Shown here one piece after another: positions 55,147-63,802 of a stretch of DNA of 64,000 nucleotides (positions within the stretch are counted from its first letter, which is position 1; each line of letters begins with the position of its first letter). The stretch is from positions 96,001 through 160,000 of IMG/VR virus record IMGVR_UViG_3300022554_000002. The stretch is one strand, 5' to 3'. The position numbers and the translations under genes are program-made. The notes beneath the pieces are model-generated. The model was given only the letters and a program-made list of their open reading frames with translations. It had not been told where the DNA came from and did no database searches. The DNA comes from a virus.

Positions 55147-55595
55147 TCATTCTTCTCCCAAGGAAATATGATCCAATCATCTGTCTCTTTTCCAATGTAA
55201 ACAGGTTTATATGGACACCAAGGCTTTAAAACCAATGCTGCTGTGCCTTGCCAATACCAGCGTTCATCAGCTATGTAATCTTTAATTGTATAACCAGTGT
55301 CATAAACATCATCAATTAATAATTGTCCTTCTTGATGAAAGTGCACTGGTGGTTTTTTGATAATTTTAAGATCAAGTTTTAATACATAAGCTAGTATAGA
55401 TGCTGGAATTATACCACCATTGGCAATTGCAACAATACCAGTAAATTTATGAATATCCGGTTTGATCTGTTCTGCTAACTTATTACAAAGATCAAAAACC
55501 TCTTCCCATGTCATTTCATGTAGTCGTTTAGATGGAGAACGATTCTGTGAATCCATACTTGCTGCTTTATATAGAGCCGCTAATTGTTCGTTCAT
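55143..55595 (-). CDS. purine phosphoribosyltransferase (xanthine/guanine PRT-like)
   Basis: VAIANGGIIPA, LLIDDVYDTGYT PRPP loop, WIIFPWE. Confidence 0.85.
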   Translation of the reverse strand: MNEQLAALYKAASMDSQNRSPSKRLHEMTWEEVFDLCNKLAEQIKPDIHKFTGIVAIANGGIIPASILAYVLKLDLKIIKKPPVHFHQEGQLLIDDVYDTGYTIKDYIADERWYWQGTAALVLKPWCPYKPVYIGKETDDWIIFPWEKNE

Positions 55596-56236
55596 TAAAA
55601 GTTTCCTTTAACCACTTGCTTGTACTGTTTATCAGGAGGATAAGCCCGTAAAAAAGCTTTACATAATTTTATCATATACTTGTACCAATATTTTTTATGA
55701 TACATCTGTGGCAAATCATTCATACTTTCTATTCTACGTTTTTCTATTAAATTTTTTGTATTACACCACAAATATAAAGCATTTCTTTTAGCTAAAAAGA
55801 TTCTACAAGAATAGAATAAGGACAACATTTGACAGAAAAACTCATGCTGATCATAAAAATCTTTCATTGTAAGTTTTTGTATCTTTTTATTGTATAAATA
55901 AGCATGACCATACTCATGTACTAATGTACCTAGCAAATCTGTAGCACTGTGTGCATTGTAGAAATTATAACCAAGAGTTATAATTTTTAAAGTGTCATCA
56001 TATTCTGCCAATCTATCATTACAAATTTTGTTTAATACAGTAATAGGAATTGATCTAATGGATATTGGCAATACGATTAAGTTTTTCTGATTTTTGTTTA
56101 CAAAAGGACCAATATCTGTTTGAGTTATATAAATAATTGCCTTTTTCAAATCACGTTTTAATCTATAATTTTTAAGAATTTTATCATATGTCCTAAAATT
56201 AGTAATAAGTTTATGCATGATAAAATCCTTTACCAC
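55595..56236 (-). CDS. hypothetical protein with zincin HExxH motif
   Basis: TLVHEYGHAYL...HEFFC. Confidence 0.55.
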   Translation of the reverse strand: MVKDFIMHKLITNFRTYDKILKNYRLKRDLKKAIIYITQTDIGPFVNKNQKNLIVLPISIRSIPITVLNKICNDRLAEYDDTLKIITLGYNFYNAHSATDLLGTLVHEYGHAYLYNKKIQKLTMKDFYDQHEFFCQMLSLFYSCRIFLAKRNALYLWCNTKNLIEKRRIESMNDLPQMYHKKYWYKYMIKLCKAFLRAYPPDKQYKQVVKGNF

Positions 56237-56691
56237 CGGCTACAAAAATCAAAAATTACAGGTTTACCTCTATACCAACCAACATTATTAGAATGAACAT
56301 CATATTTTGCATGAATATCTTTTTTGTATCTATCCAAAATAGTTCTCCACGCCTTGTATTGACGTGTTAATTTAACTTCATTCTGAATTAGTATTTTTCT
56401 AGTTTTATAAATTGGGTGTAAATAATCTTCCTTTATATCTTTTGGAACATAATAGCTATCATACTTATAACTATCTGAATGTCTATATACTTTAATTATA
56501 TATTCAGGATACTTTGGATGCTTTAAAATATTTTTGTAATATCCGTGGTTGCTTTTACAAATTAAATGAATAAATCCATTTTCTGTTAGCTTTTTTACAA
56601 TTTTATCTCCATTATTAATTTTACTTACTTCTAATTTTTGTATTACAGCAATAAGTTTCTTTCCTTTGTCGCATGGCTTTACAATAGGCAT
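56230..56691 (-). CDS. minimal protein-kinase-like fold protein
   Basis: YIIKV, ILIQNEV, DVHSNNVG...PVIFDF (catalytic-loop and DF motifs). Confidence 0.5.
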   Translation of the reverse strand: MPIVKPCDKGKKLIAVIQKLEVSKINNGDKIVKKLTENGFIHLICKSNHGYYKNILKHPKYPEYIIKVYRHSDSYKYDSYYVPKDIKEDYLHPIYKTRKILIQNEVKLTRQYKAWRTILDRYKKDIHAKYDVHSNNVGWYRGKPVIFDFCSRW

Positions 56692-56700
56692 ATGAAACCC

Positions 56701-56958
56701 CTAATAAGGAATAATATCTCCATTTTCCTTCATGGCTTGGTCTTCTCGTTTATCCAAGTAACGTCTTCGGAACTCATCAGCACAATGTTGTGCTGCATAA
56801 GTACAATCATGTAATGTTGTATATCGTTTTTCTTTCTTTTCCATATATAACTTCATTAATGTAAAAATACAATATTCCAATTCACCCTTTGTCTCAATAT
56901 TTGGTAATAAGTATAAATCATCAAACCTCTTACGATCTTTTTCTTTGATGTATGGCAT
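56701..56958 (-). CDS. hypothetical phage protein
   Basis: MPYIKEKDR...GELEYCIFTL...EFRRRYL..RED, SD aggag. Confidence 0.7.
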   Translation of the reverse strand: MPYIKEKDRKRFDDLYLLPNIETKGELEYCIFTLMKLYMEKKEKRYTTLHDCTYAAQHCADEFRRRYLDKREDQAMKENGDIIPY

Positions 56959-56960
56959 GG

Positions 56961-57137
56961 CTACTTCTCCTTTTTCTGAGTTTGTCCTATATTATTTTTT
57001 TGTTCTGCTTCCATGATGTATCTAAGAGCAGTTTGATGCCTAGTCTCTCCCCCAAATTTACTAGAAACAGCAAGAAGCAACTCATTATATTTTTTACGAA
57101 TCTCATTCGTTTTACGTGCTCTATGATTGTGGCTCAT
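56961..57137 (-). CDS. small hypothetical protein (58 aa, not in track)
   Basis: MSHNHRARKTNEIRKKYNELLLAVSSKFGGETRHQTALRYI..., SD aagga; fills the gap on the operon strand. Confidence 0.65.
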   Translation of the reverse strand: MSHNHRARKTNEIRKKYNELLLAVSSKFGGETRHQTALRYIMEAEQKNNIGQTQKKEK

Positions 57138-57154
57138 AATTATTTTTCCTTAAA

Positions 57155-57748
57155 TTAATGTAAATCATTACACAAAGTAGGATTGAAAAATTTAAAACCA
57201 ACTTCTATTTTTTTATAGAAATCAATTAATGTGGCATCATTGGTAATTAAATAATCAAAATTATCAATCATCCAACCCTTCTCTGATTCATGAGTATCTG
57301 TATTAACTAATGATGGACGAACAATCTTAATAACTTTGCCATCTAATTCATGGATAGCATCAACTTCATGTTGAAATCTAACATCAGCAATAATGATATT
57401 AGAGTCTTTATTTACATTTCTTAAAAGAGATTTGACCCAAAGCTTTCTTCCAGTGGTAGTTTCAAACTGAGGGAACATTTTACAAAGCATTAACTGACCC
57501 CACTCCGTACCAATTGTGGTTAATGCTTGCCTAGGTGAGATGCCCCAAAAAGGATCAACAACCTCTTTTAAATCACCATTAACATGCTCTTCTGTCCAAC
57601 CAAAGATAATTTTTACCGCTTCTTTCATAGGTGTTGCCAATGACCGTTTTTCATAAGAAGGATCAATATTTCGTATAATGTAGTCAGCAGCAGTGTCTTT
57701 GCCAACACGCTTTTGTCCTAACATTCCTAGAATCATAGTATCCTCCAT
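57155..57748 (-). CDS. deoxynucleoside monophosphate kinase
   Basis: GMLGQKRVGKDTAA P-loop, SLATPMK, SPRQAL, IIIADVRFQHEV, HESE. Confidence 0.88.
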   Translation of the reverse strand: MEDTMILGMLGQKRVGKDTAADYIIRNIDPSYEKRSLATPMKEAVKIIFGWTEEHVNGDLKEVVDPFWGISPRQALTTIGTEWGQLMLCKMFPQFETTTGRKLWVKSLLRNVNKDSNIIIADVRFQHEVDAIHELDGKVIKIVRPSLVNTDTHESEKGWMIDNFDYLITNDATLIDFYKKIEVGFKFFNPTLCNDLH

Positions 57749-57753
57749 TTCAA

Positions 57754-57782
57754 ATTATACAGGTGTATCAGGGTTTTGTCAA
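57754..57782 (-). promoter_or_regulatory. sigma70-type promoter TTGACA-N17-TATAAT
   Basis: TTGACAaaaccctgatacacctgTATAAT. Confidence 0.7.
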
Positions 57783-58412
57783 GCGAAATTTCTTTCCATT
57801 TTTAGATCGTTGATAAGGGTCAAATTTATTCTTACTCATTCTATATAGTTGATTAAACCACGCATCAGGAATTGGCAATATTTTTTGTATCTTATCTTTA
57901 ATTTTACTATTTGCATAATCATACCAAAAACAATAATCAACACTAAGGCAGATAGCCACAGCTTTTACCTGTTTTAGTGGTATTTTATATAGATTTCTAT
58001 GAGAGACAACTTTAGTATGAGTATTCCAACCTGAAGAATCTGTACTAAATGGATCAGCTTCGTCTTTTAGTGTACAAACACCGGATTTATTAGTATAATT
58101 ATCCATTTTAGGTGGTAACCAAATAAACTTACCTTTGTTACGCCATATAATATGATTACCCCAAGTGCCGCAGGTTAGCCTTGGTGGTGTTTTTTTCTGT
58201 GTATCATCAGCAAGATCACTGTGATAATCTACATTAATTAGAAGATCACAAGGATTCTTATTTGCCCAATTTAATATATGATGATGTTCATGATAAATCC
58301 GTATTGGAGCAGAGCAATTTTTTAATAGATATTTTATATATTTTGATAATGGTGTAATACTTTCCCAATAATCAAGATCAATAGACAGAAAAATAGACTT
58401 ATTTTTAAACAT
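57768..58412 (-). CDS. UPF0489-like (arginase/deacetylase-related) protein
   Basis: LSIDLDYW, HHHIL, LINVDYHSDL, TCGTW, ICLSVDY. Confidence 0.55.
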   Translation of the reverse strand: MFKNKSIFLSIDLDYWESITPLSKYIKYLLKNCSAPIRIYHEHHHILNWANKNPCDLLINVDYHSDLADDTQKKTPPRLTCGTWGNHIIWRNKGKFIWLPPKMDNYTNKSGVCTLKDEADPFSTDSSGWNTHTKVVSHRNLYKIPLKQVKAVAICLSVDYCFWYDYANSKIKDKIQKILPIPDAWFNQLYRMSKNKFDPYQRSKNGKKFRLTKP

Positions 58413-58438
58413 ATCTATCCTTTTAAAAATTATTCAGG

Positions 58439-58627
58439 TTATTTTTCGGCTTTATCGTCATTCAACGCATCCCAAATACCTCTTCGGAATACGTCTGGTT
58501 GATTCACTTCCAGCCATTTCACCATTGCCGAAATCTTGCTCTCTAACTTCTCAATGCGCGAGTTGAGTTCATCAAGCCTGTCGCACCATTCTCCGCAATG
58601 TGGGCAGACATTCTTGCCATCGGCCAT
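58439..58627 (-). CDS. small hypothetical protein with Zn knuckle
   Basis: CPHCGEWC; SD ggag; GC-richer than its neighbours. Confidence 0.6.
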   Translation of the reverse strand: MADGKNVCPHCGEWCDRLDELNSRIEKLESKISAMVKWLEVNQPDVFRRGIWDALNDDKAEK

Positions 58628-58646
58628 GCACCATCCTCCTTAATTA

Positions 58647-59108
58647 TTAATCGTCTTTTATTGAGTTAGCATGTAAATCATGAATTGCACGAAGACACAT
58701 TGCAGCAGTTTGTAATAATTCTGTACATATTTGTTCTTCACTCCGTTTTTCTCGTTTCAATCGCACCTGTTCCCAATATTCATCTAATTCTTCTAAAATA
58801 ACAGCATAAGCTTCATGATCCGAATTCATTGAGGCATGTAATTTCATTGCCCGTGTTAATTCAGATTCTAATTTACAAAGCATTATGTCTATGCATTTTT
58901 CATTTATTAAATCTGATTTACCTGATCCACAAACATACAACCTGCCTTTATTGTCCACCTTTGCGATTACCTGTCCCAGATATGAAGAATTTACTATTCC
59001 ACTGTCTCCCGGCTTGCACCATCGACCAAAATGATAATATCTACCAAATAATTTCATTATTGGAGCAAGTAAACGAATTATCATTTTCTTCTGTACCTTT
59101 TTTCCCAT
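58647..59108 (-). CDS. protein with C-terminal MazG-like (all-alpha NTP pyrophosphatase) module
   Basis: SDHEAYAVILEELDEYWEQV...TELLQTAAMCLRAI. Confidence 0.55.
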   Translation of the reverse strand: MGKKVQKKMIIRLLAPIMKLFGRYYHFGRWCKPGDSGIVNSSYLGQVIAKVDNKGRLYVCGSGKSDLINEKCIDIMLCKLESELTRAMKLHASMNSDHEAYAVILEELDEYWEQVRLKREKRSEEQICTELLQTAAMCLRAIHDLHANSIKDD

Positions 59109-59278
59109 GTTGCTAAAGCAACATCTGCACGTTTAAATTCTTTTGTCTGACACCCACAATTATCATTACAACAAACAACAGTAAAATATGAATTTACAAT
59201 ATCATAGAATTCGGTTTCTATATATTCATCTCTAGTTTGTAATTTAGCCTTTGAATTACAGAATGGACATCGTTTCAT
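59081..59278 (-). CDS. Lar-like restriction-alleviation Zn-ribbon protein
   Basis: MKRCPFCNSKA...VVCCNDNCGC...ALATWEKR. Confidence 0.6.
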   Translation of the reverse strand: MKRCPFCNSKAKLQTRDEYIETEFYDIVNSYFTVVCCNDNCGCQTKEFKRADVALATWEKRYRRK

Positions 59279-59282
59279 TTTT

Positions 59283-59555
59283 CTACCAATCTACCTTTTT
59301 AGCATTGATACAAGCATAGCCATAAATAGCAGTTAATGCAACATCTAACAACTCTTCTTTAAGTTTTTTAGCGGAACCACTATGCACAGCCTCATTGAAT
59401 TCATCAAATTCTTCTTTTAGTAATCCTTGAATTTCGTGTCTAGAACTAAATGTGTGTGGTCCTTTTCGTTTTATTTCTTTAAACAGCTTGGCTATCAAAG
59501 CATCAATAGCTACATTTACTTCATTTGTGGTTAGCTTTGGTCGTTTAGATAGCAT
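59283..59555 (-). CDS. MazG-like (all-alpha NTP pyrophosphatase) protein
   Basis: SRHEIQGLLKEEFDEFNEAV...KEELLDVALTAI. Confidence 0.6.
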   Translation of the reverse strand: MLSKRPKLTTNEVNVAIDALIAKLFKEIKRKGPHTFSSRHEIQGLLKEEFDEFNEAVHSGSAKKLKEELLDVALTAIYGYACINAKKVDW

Positions 59556-60051
59556 CTGGTTTATCTATTCCACAATGTTTACAACAATATCTAATACTAT
59601 TAAAACCAAAATTAACCCATTGATGATTACAAACTTTTACTGTTTCTGTTTTTACTTCCATTTCACCATTAACAAGATGCGGTTTTAATGCTGGATGAAT
59701 TATTGTCATATTTAAAGTAGAAGCACCATTTAATATGTCATCTACTGTGTCATATAAATCATTACTTGCTTTTGAATAATCAACATCATAAAAAATTATA
59801 AATTCTCTATTGTTAATACCTAATGGAAGTGGTGGGTCTTTTGGTAAAACAAAACCACCAGAACCCTGATAAAAATTCCAAACACCATATTGTGGGTTTA
59901 AAAAATTAAATATCTCTAATAAAAATCTTTTTGGATTAGACTCTTTCGTATGACATAAAACATACCTTTTGGACACACAACCACTAATTACTTCGTCATA
60001 ATAATGCATAATTAATTTTTTATTTGACGAATTAACAGTTTGAATATTCAT
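59545..60051 (-). CDS. hypothetical protein with C-terminal Zn ribbon
   Basis: 168 aa; CNHQW...CCKHCG. Confidence 0.6.
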   Translation of the reverse strand: MNIQTVNSSNKKLIMHYYDEVISGCVSKRYVLCHTKESNPKRFLLEIFNFLNPQYGVWNFYQGSGGFVLPKDPPLPLGINNREFIIFYDVDYSKASNDLYDTVDDILNGASTLNMTIIHPALKPHLVNGEMEVKTETVKVCNHQWVNFGFNSIRYCCKHCGIDKPDAI

Positions 60052-60070
60052 ATTTTAATATTTCCTAAAA

Positions 60071-60487
60071 TTAATATTCAGGATACGGAGTAGGAGGAAT
60101 AAATTTCTTTACTGGATAAGTACGACACTTGGGATTGATAGCTTCCTTCCAAGCAGTGGCAACTTGATTATAGTGCATAAGCCTGTTATATGCAGACGTT
60201 GGAACACTAGGTGCTTTGTCTACAAGCTGTTCTGCAATAGCTTCAAAGTACTTAGCCCAAAGCTCATTACGATGTTCTGGCTTCAATATCTTTGAAAGAC
60301 GTGACAGTGCAAGCTTTCGACCGAACCATTTATTATACTGGTCCCTTGGGTTACAACTTGCACACTCTTCTTTAATAGGTACCCAAGCACCATTAACATC
60401 AATGCTAAGAACAACCAATGTGTCACCAAAAATATGCTTAAACGCCACACGGTGCTTCCTGCCGCTAAAAACTGTGTAAAATTTCAT
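60071..60487 (-). CDS. hypothetical protein
   Basis: 138 aa; ECASCNPRDQYNKWFGRKLALSR; SD aaggag. Confidence 0.65.
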   Translation of the reverse strand: MKFYTVFSGRKHRVAFKHIFGDTLVVLSIDVNGAWVPIKEECASCNPRDQYNKWFGRKLALSRLSKILKPEHRNELWAKYFEAIAEQLVDKAPSVPTSAYNRLMHYNQVATAWKEAINPKCRTYPVKKFIPPTPYPEY

Positions 60488-60516
60488 ACGTGTTCTCCTT
60501 TTCGTTTCCTAGTTAT

Positions 60517-60544
60517 ATTATACTGTCTCAAAAGCCAATGTCAA
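60517..60544 (-). promoter_or_regulatory. sigma70-type promoter TTGACA-N16-TATAAT
   Basis: TTGACAttggcttttgagacagTATAAT. Confidence 0.75.
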
Positions 60545-60609
60545 GCGTTTTCTTCCCTAGAAATTAACCAACGCATATTCTGCACCATGTGAAGTGTCAA
60601 ATTCAGCAA

Positions 60610-60915
60610 TCATAGTACACACTCTCCTTTTAATCTTCGTTCCTGTTTCTTTTTAAGCTTCTCTAAACTATCAAGTGGTAAGAATGTTACTATTTGTGCT
60701 CGTAATTTGTCATAAACTACTAATACACTCTTACCCTTACATTCAAGTTTCCAAACTGTTGCCCTGTTAGAAGATTTGTAAATGAACTCACCCTTATTAC
60801 TTTGTATGTCATTTACTAATGCTTCCAAGTCAAGTCTGTTAACTATTAGTTTGTATCTTTGCCTTGCTCTCCTTTTTGCATGGTCACGTTCTGCCCTTCG
60901 CTTAGAATGGCTCAT
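60610..60915 (-). CDS. hypothetical basic protein
   Basis: Start MSHSK with SD ggag; HAKRRARQRY...VLVVYDKLRAQIVTFLP. Confidence 0.6.
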   Translation of the reverse strand: MSHSKRRAERDHAKRRARQRYKLIVNRLDLEALVNDIQSNKGEFIYKSSNRATVWKLECKGKSVLVVYDKLRAQIVTFLPLDSLEKLKKKQERRLKGECVL

Positions 60916-60954
60916 GCTGTACTCCATATTGAATTGTCAACATACCCTATTCAA

Positions 60955-60983
60955 ATTATACAGGCAGATAGGGCATTTGTCAA
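60955..60983 (-). promoter_or_regulatory. sigma70-type promoter TTGACA-N17-TATAAT (divergent point)
   Basis: TTGACAaatgccctatctgcctgTATAAT. Confidence 0.7.
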
Positions 60984-61036
60984 GCATGTTTTTAATTTTT
61001 AATAAGGTTTCACTTAAAAGTTTGTAATAATTTTGG

Positions 61037-61043
61037 GATTATA
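61037..61043 (+). promoter_or_regulatory. GATTATA phage-type promoter on the + strand
   Basis: gGATTATAatagatgggag upstream of the only + strand operon. Confidence 0.65.
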
Positions 61044-61078
61044 ATAGATGGGAGACTTTGTTTAGGAGTAACACTTAA

Positions 61079-61387
61079 ATGGCTAATAATTTGCCTAGTG
61101 ATGGAAATAATCGTGCAGTTCAGGCTTTAAAGCCTGTTGTTGGTTCATGGCAACGAATTGAGTTCAATACTATATCTGGTAATAAGTTTAACATTAGGGA
61201 TGCTGAAATTGTACGGTTTCGTGCATCTCAGGAATGTTACATAGCATTCGGTGAAACTGTTTCCAGTGGTTGTATGGTTTTAGATGATAAAGCCGCTGAA
61301 TACTTCCATGTTACAGGTTTTGACCGGATTGAAGTTCTAGGAGTGTCTACTGCTGGCTATCTTAGCAAATTGAAAATGGATTACTAA
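61079..61387 (+). CDS. small beta-rich putative virion protein
   Basis: 102 aa, SD aggag; VRFRASQECYIAFG...AEYFHV. Confidence 0.65.
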   Translation: MANNLPSDGNNRAVQALKPVVGSWQRIEFNTISGNKFNIRDAEIVRFRASQECYIAFGETVSSGCMVLDDKAAEYFHVTGFDRIEVLGVSTAGYLSKLKMDY

Positions 61388-61409
61388 TCCCTTCTTTGAG
61401 GTTTTACCA

Positions 61410-63704
61410 ATGCTAGGTTCTCCCGGCAGGTTAACAAGAGTTGGAAATGTTTCATTAAATGCTATTAAAAAAATTTTAAATAAGATTGGATTAGGATATT
61501 TAGCAAATAATGTTGTTTATATGCTTTACCCAAATGATCCTTCAAGGTCTGAAGGTAATAGGCATTATCTTTACACGCCGACCGGCGGCTGGGCGCTTTC
61601 TGGGACCATGACAGGCACGATGGACGCCTACGGGGATGTGACGGGCGGCACGTTTGCTATGTCTGTTCCTGCTGGCACGGTAGATATGGTTTCGTACTGG
61701 GGCACTCCGCTCAAACACACGAAATTCCCGTTCCTGTCCATCGGATTCAACCGCTCGCTGACCGCTGGAGAGATTGCATCCTTCACGTCTGCGCTGTCAA
61801 CTTACGCTACGGCTGCTGGCGTTACGCCAGCCACTGCAAGCGTTACGTTCAAGTACGGATATTCGACCAAGTACCCAACAATCACAGGGACAACCTACTA
61901 CGTCGATCCAGTGGACGGGAACGATGCGAACGCCGGGACTGCTCCGGGTGCTGGCAATGCGTGGAAGACAGTAGCCAAGGTAAACGGATTCGCATTCAAC
62001 GCTGGCGACGGTGTTCTATTTAAGGGGGGTAACACATACACGACCGCGCTGAAGCCAACTGCGTCAGGCACGTCTACTGCTCCGATAGTGTTTGGCGCAT
62101 ACGGAGTCGCAGGCTCAACGCCTCCGATTATCAACGCTGCAAGCCCAATACAATGCAACGGGAAAAGCGGCCTGATGTTTAGAGGGTTGGTTCTTAGAGG
62201 TTCTGGGGCGCAAGTAACGGCGCAGTCAAACGAGAGTTATATCTGGCTCCTGTCGTGCATCTTCGAGTCTGCCGGAACATTTGGATTCTACGGATCTGCT
62301 AATGCAGCCGTAGTTATTGACGGGTGCGTGTTCTCGCGTCCTGCTCGATACCCAATATATTGCTCTGGGGCGTCAACAATCACCGCAAGAAATTGCGTAA
62401 TCTTGCCATGTGTCACATCATCGGATGAAGGTCCATACAGTATAGGCACTGGCGGTTCGCTGGATATAGATTACAGCATAGTGAATACGCTGGTCACGCC
62501 ATCGACAACAAGAGTAACGTATGGGTCGAACAATATCACAAGGGGCACACCTGGATTCACGTCATATCCTCCGACACCCGCCGTTACTCCGAGAATCACG
62601 TTTACGGTCGATGATACAGCAAATCTGGCAGACTTCAGCGCGTTCTGTTCTGGCGTCCTTGACCCGCTTGGATTGAAGGCCACGATTTTTGTATCACCTG
62701 CTGGTATGTCCGCTGGAGATCAGGCGACATGCGCAACCTTGGCGGCTGCGGGTCACGAAATAGCGAATCACACGCTTAACCACGAAGACCTTTCCGCGAC
62801 AAATGCCTTCACGGTTACTTCGACCAACACGAACCCTACGGTGGACGTTGACGTTGCAACCACAACCATCGCATTCTCGTGTGATGAAGTCGGAAACCGC
62901 GTCACGTTCGATTGGTCTGGCGGCAAGACACTCACTGACCTCAAAGCGGCAGTGGCGGGAAAAGGCTGGACGCTGACTAACTCGGTGGAGAATGGGAAAA
63001 CGAGACAGAATGGCTTGCTGATTGATTCGCTTGCTGATACGTCTGGAGCGCAAGCCGTACCATATACATGCGCTCTCGATATTTCCGCTACAAGTAAATT
63101 CTGGGATCACGAAATCAACGACGCAACGACGCAGATTGCCGCGATAACTGGAGTTACTCCGACGACGATGGCTTACCCATATGGCTTCAGTACAGCAAAT
63201 TTAAGAACTTGGCTGGCGGCGCACACATCGCTGCTCGCCGCAAGAACGGTCGGAGGCGCAGTTCCGTCGCTCGCCTCGGTCCCCCAGTGGTTGATGATTC
63301 AGAGGCCATATCTTTACACCGCGTCATCCACAGAGGCGGATGTTCGGAAAATCGCAAGGGCGTTTCTTGCATTCGGAGCGTCTTGTCCGTCATATAATAT
63401 TTTCTACGATCACGCCATGTCTTCGGACTTGAGGCAGCGTCACGCATGGTTCATCAATGAGTTTGTAACACTTGGCGGTGGAACACTGATGACGTTCGGC
63501 GCATTGGCCGCATGGATTAATGCGGACCATACGCTATCAAGCGGAACATGGACTAAGACGTATGACGTTACCGGAGCAGATTACACGCCATCATCTGGAT
63601 CTGCGATGCTGACCGTAGGGAATCCATCCGCACCACACATCACGGTGGATGCGCTTGGCACATCCGCGCCAGTGTTTAGCAGCATTGGCGCAGTCCAGAA
63701 GTGA
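61410..63704 (+). CDS. beta-helix (pectate-lyase-like) plus polysaccharide deacetylase protein, putative tailspike enzyme
   Basis: TYYVDPVDGNDANAG...WKTVAKVN...GDGVLFKGG; NodB motifs TFTVDD, KATIFV, GHEIANHTLNH, MAYPYG; GC content jumps at about 61575. Confidence 0.8.
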   Translation: MLGSPGRLTRVGNVSLNAIKKILNKIGLGYLANNVVYMLYPNDPSRSEGNRHYLYTPTGGWALSGTMTGTMDAYGDVTGGTFAMSVPAGTVDMVSYWGTPLKHTKFPFLSIGFNRSLTAGEIASFTSALSTYATAAGVTPATASVTFKYGYSTKYPTITGTTYYVDPVDGNDANAGTAPGAGNAWKTVAKVNGFAFNAGDGVLFKGGNTYTTALKPTASGTSTAPIVFGAYGVAGSTPPIINAASPIQCNGKSGLMFRGLVLRGSGAQVTAQSNESYIWLLSCIFESAGTFGFYGSANAAVVIDGCVFSRPARYPIYCSGASTITARNCVILPCVTSSDEGPYSIGTGGSLDIDYSIVNTLVTPSTTRVTYGSNNITRGTPGFTSYPPTPAVTPRITFTVDDTANLADFSAFCSGVLDPLGLKATIFVSPAGMSAGDQATCATLAAAGHEIANHTLNHEDLSATNAFTVTSTNTNPTVDVDVATTTIAFSCDEVGNRVTFDWSGGKTLTDLKAAVAGKGWTLTNSVENGKTRQNGLLIDSLADTSGAQAVPYTCALDISATSKFWDHEINDATTQIAAITGVTPTTMAYPYGFSTANLRTWLAAHTSLLAARTVGGAVPSLASVPQWLMIQRPYLYTASSTEADVRKIARAFLAFGASCPSYNIFYDHAMSSDLRQRHAWFINEFVTLGGGTLMTFGALAAWINADHTLSSGTWTKTYDVTGADYTPSSGSAMLTVGNPSAPHITVDALGTSAPVFSSIGAVQK

Positions 63705-63802
63705 GTGAAAGGTAACCGGACTTACCTTGATATGCCAAGTGCCGCAGGATTGGCTAATGTAGCAACATTGACTGCTCGTGGTTGGGACATGCTAGTTTCT
63801 AG

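Noticed and set aside
56952-57158. + strand 68-aa hydrophobic ORF
   Set aside because: A 58-aa minus-strand ORF with SD (56961-57137) fits the operon better
101-60479. Dozens of + strand ORFs in the track (e.g. 1596-1859, 2299-2715, 3825-4232, 11777-12127, 38402-38665, 49780-50214)
   Set aside because: They are antisense shadows of long, motif-bearing minus-strand genes, with no SD and no recognisable motifs
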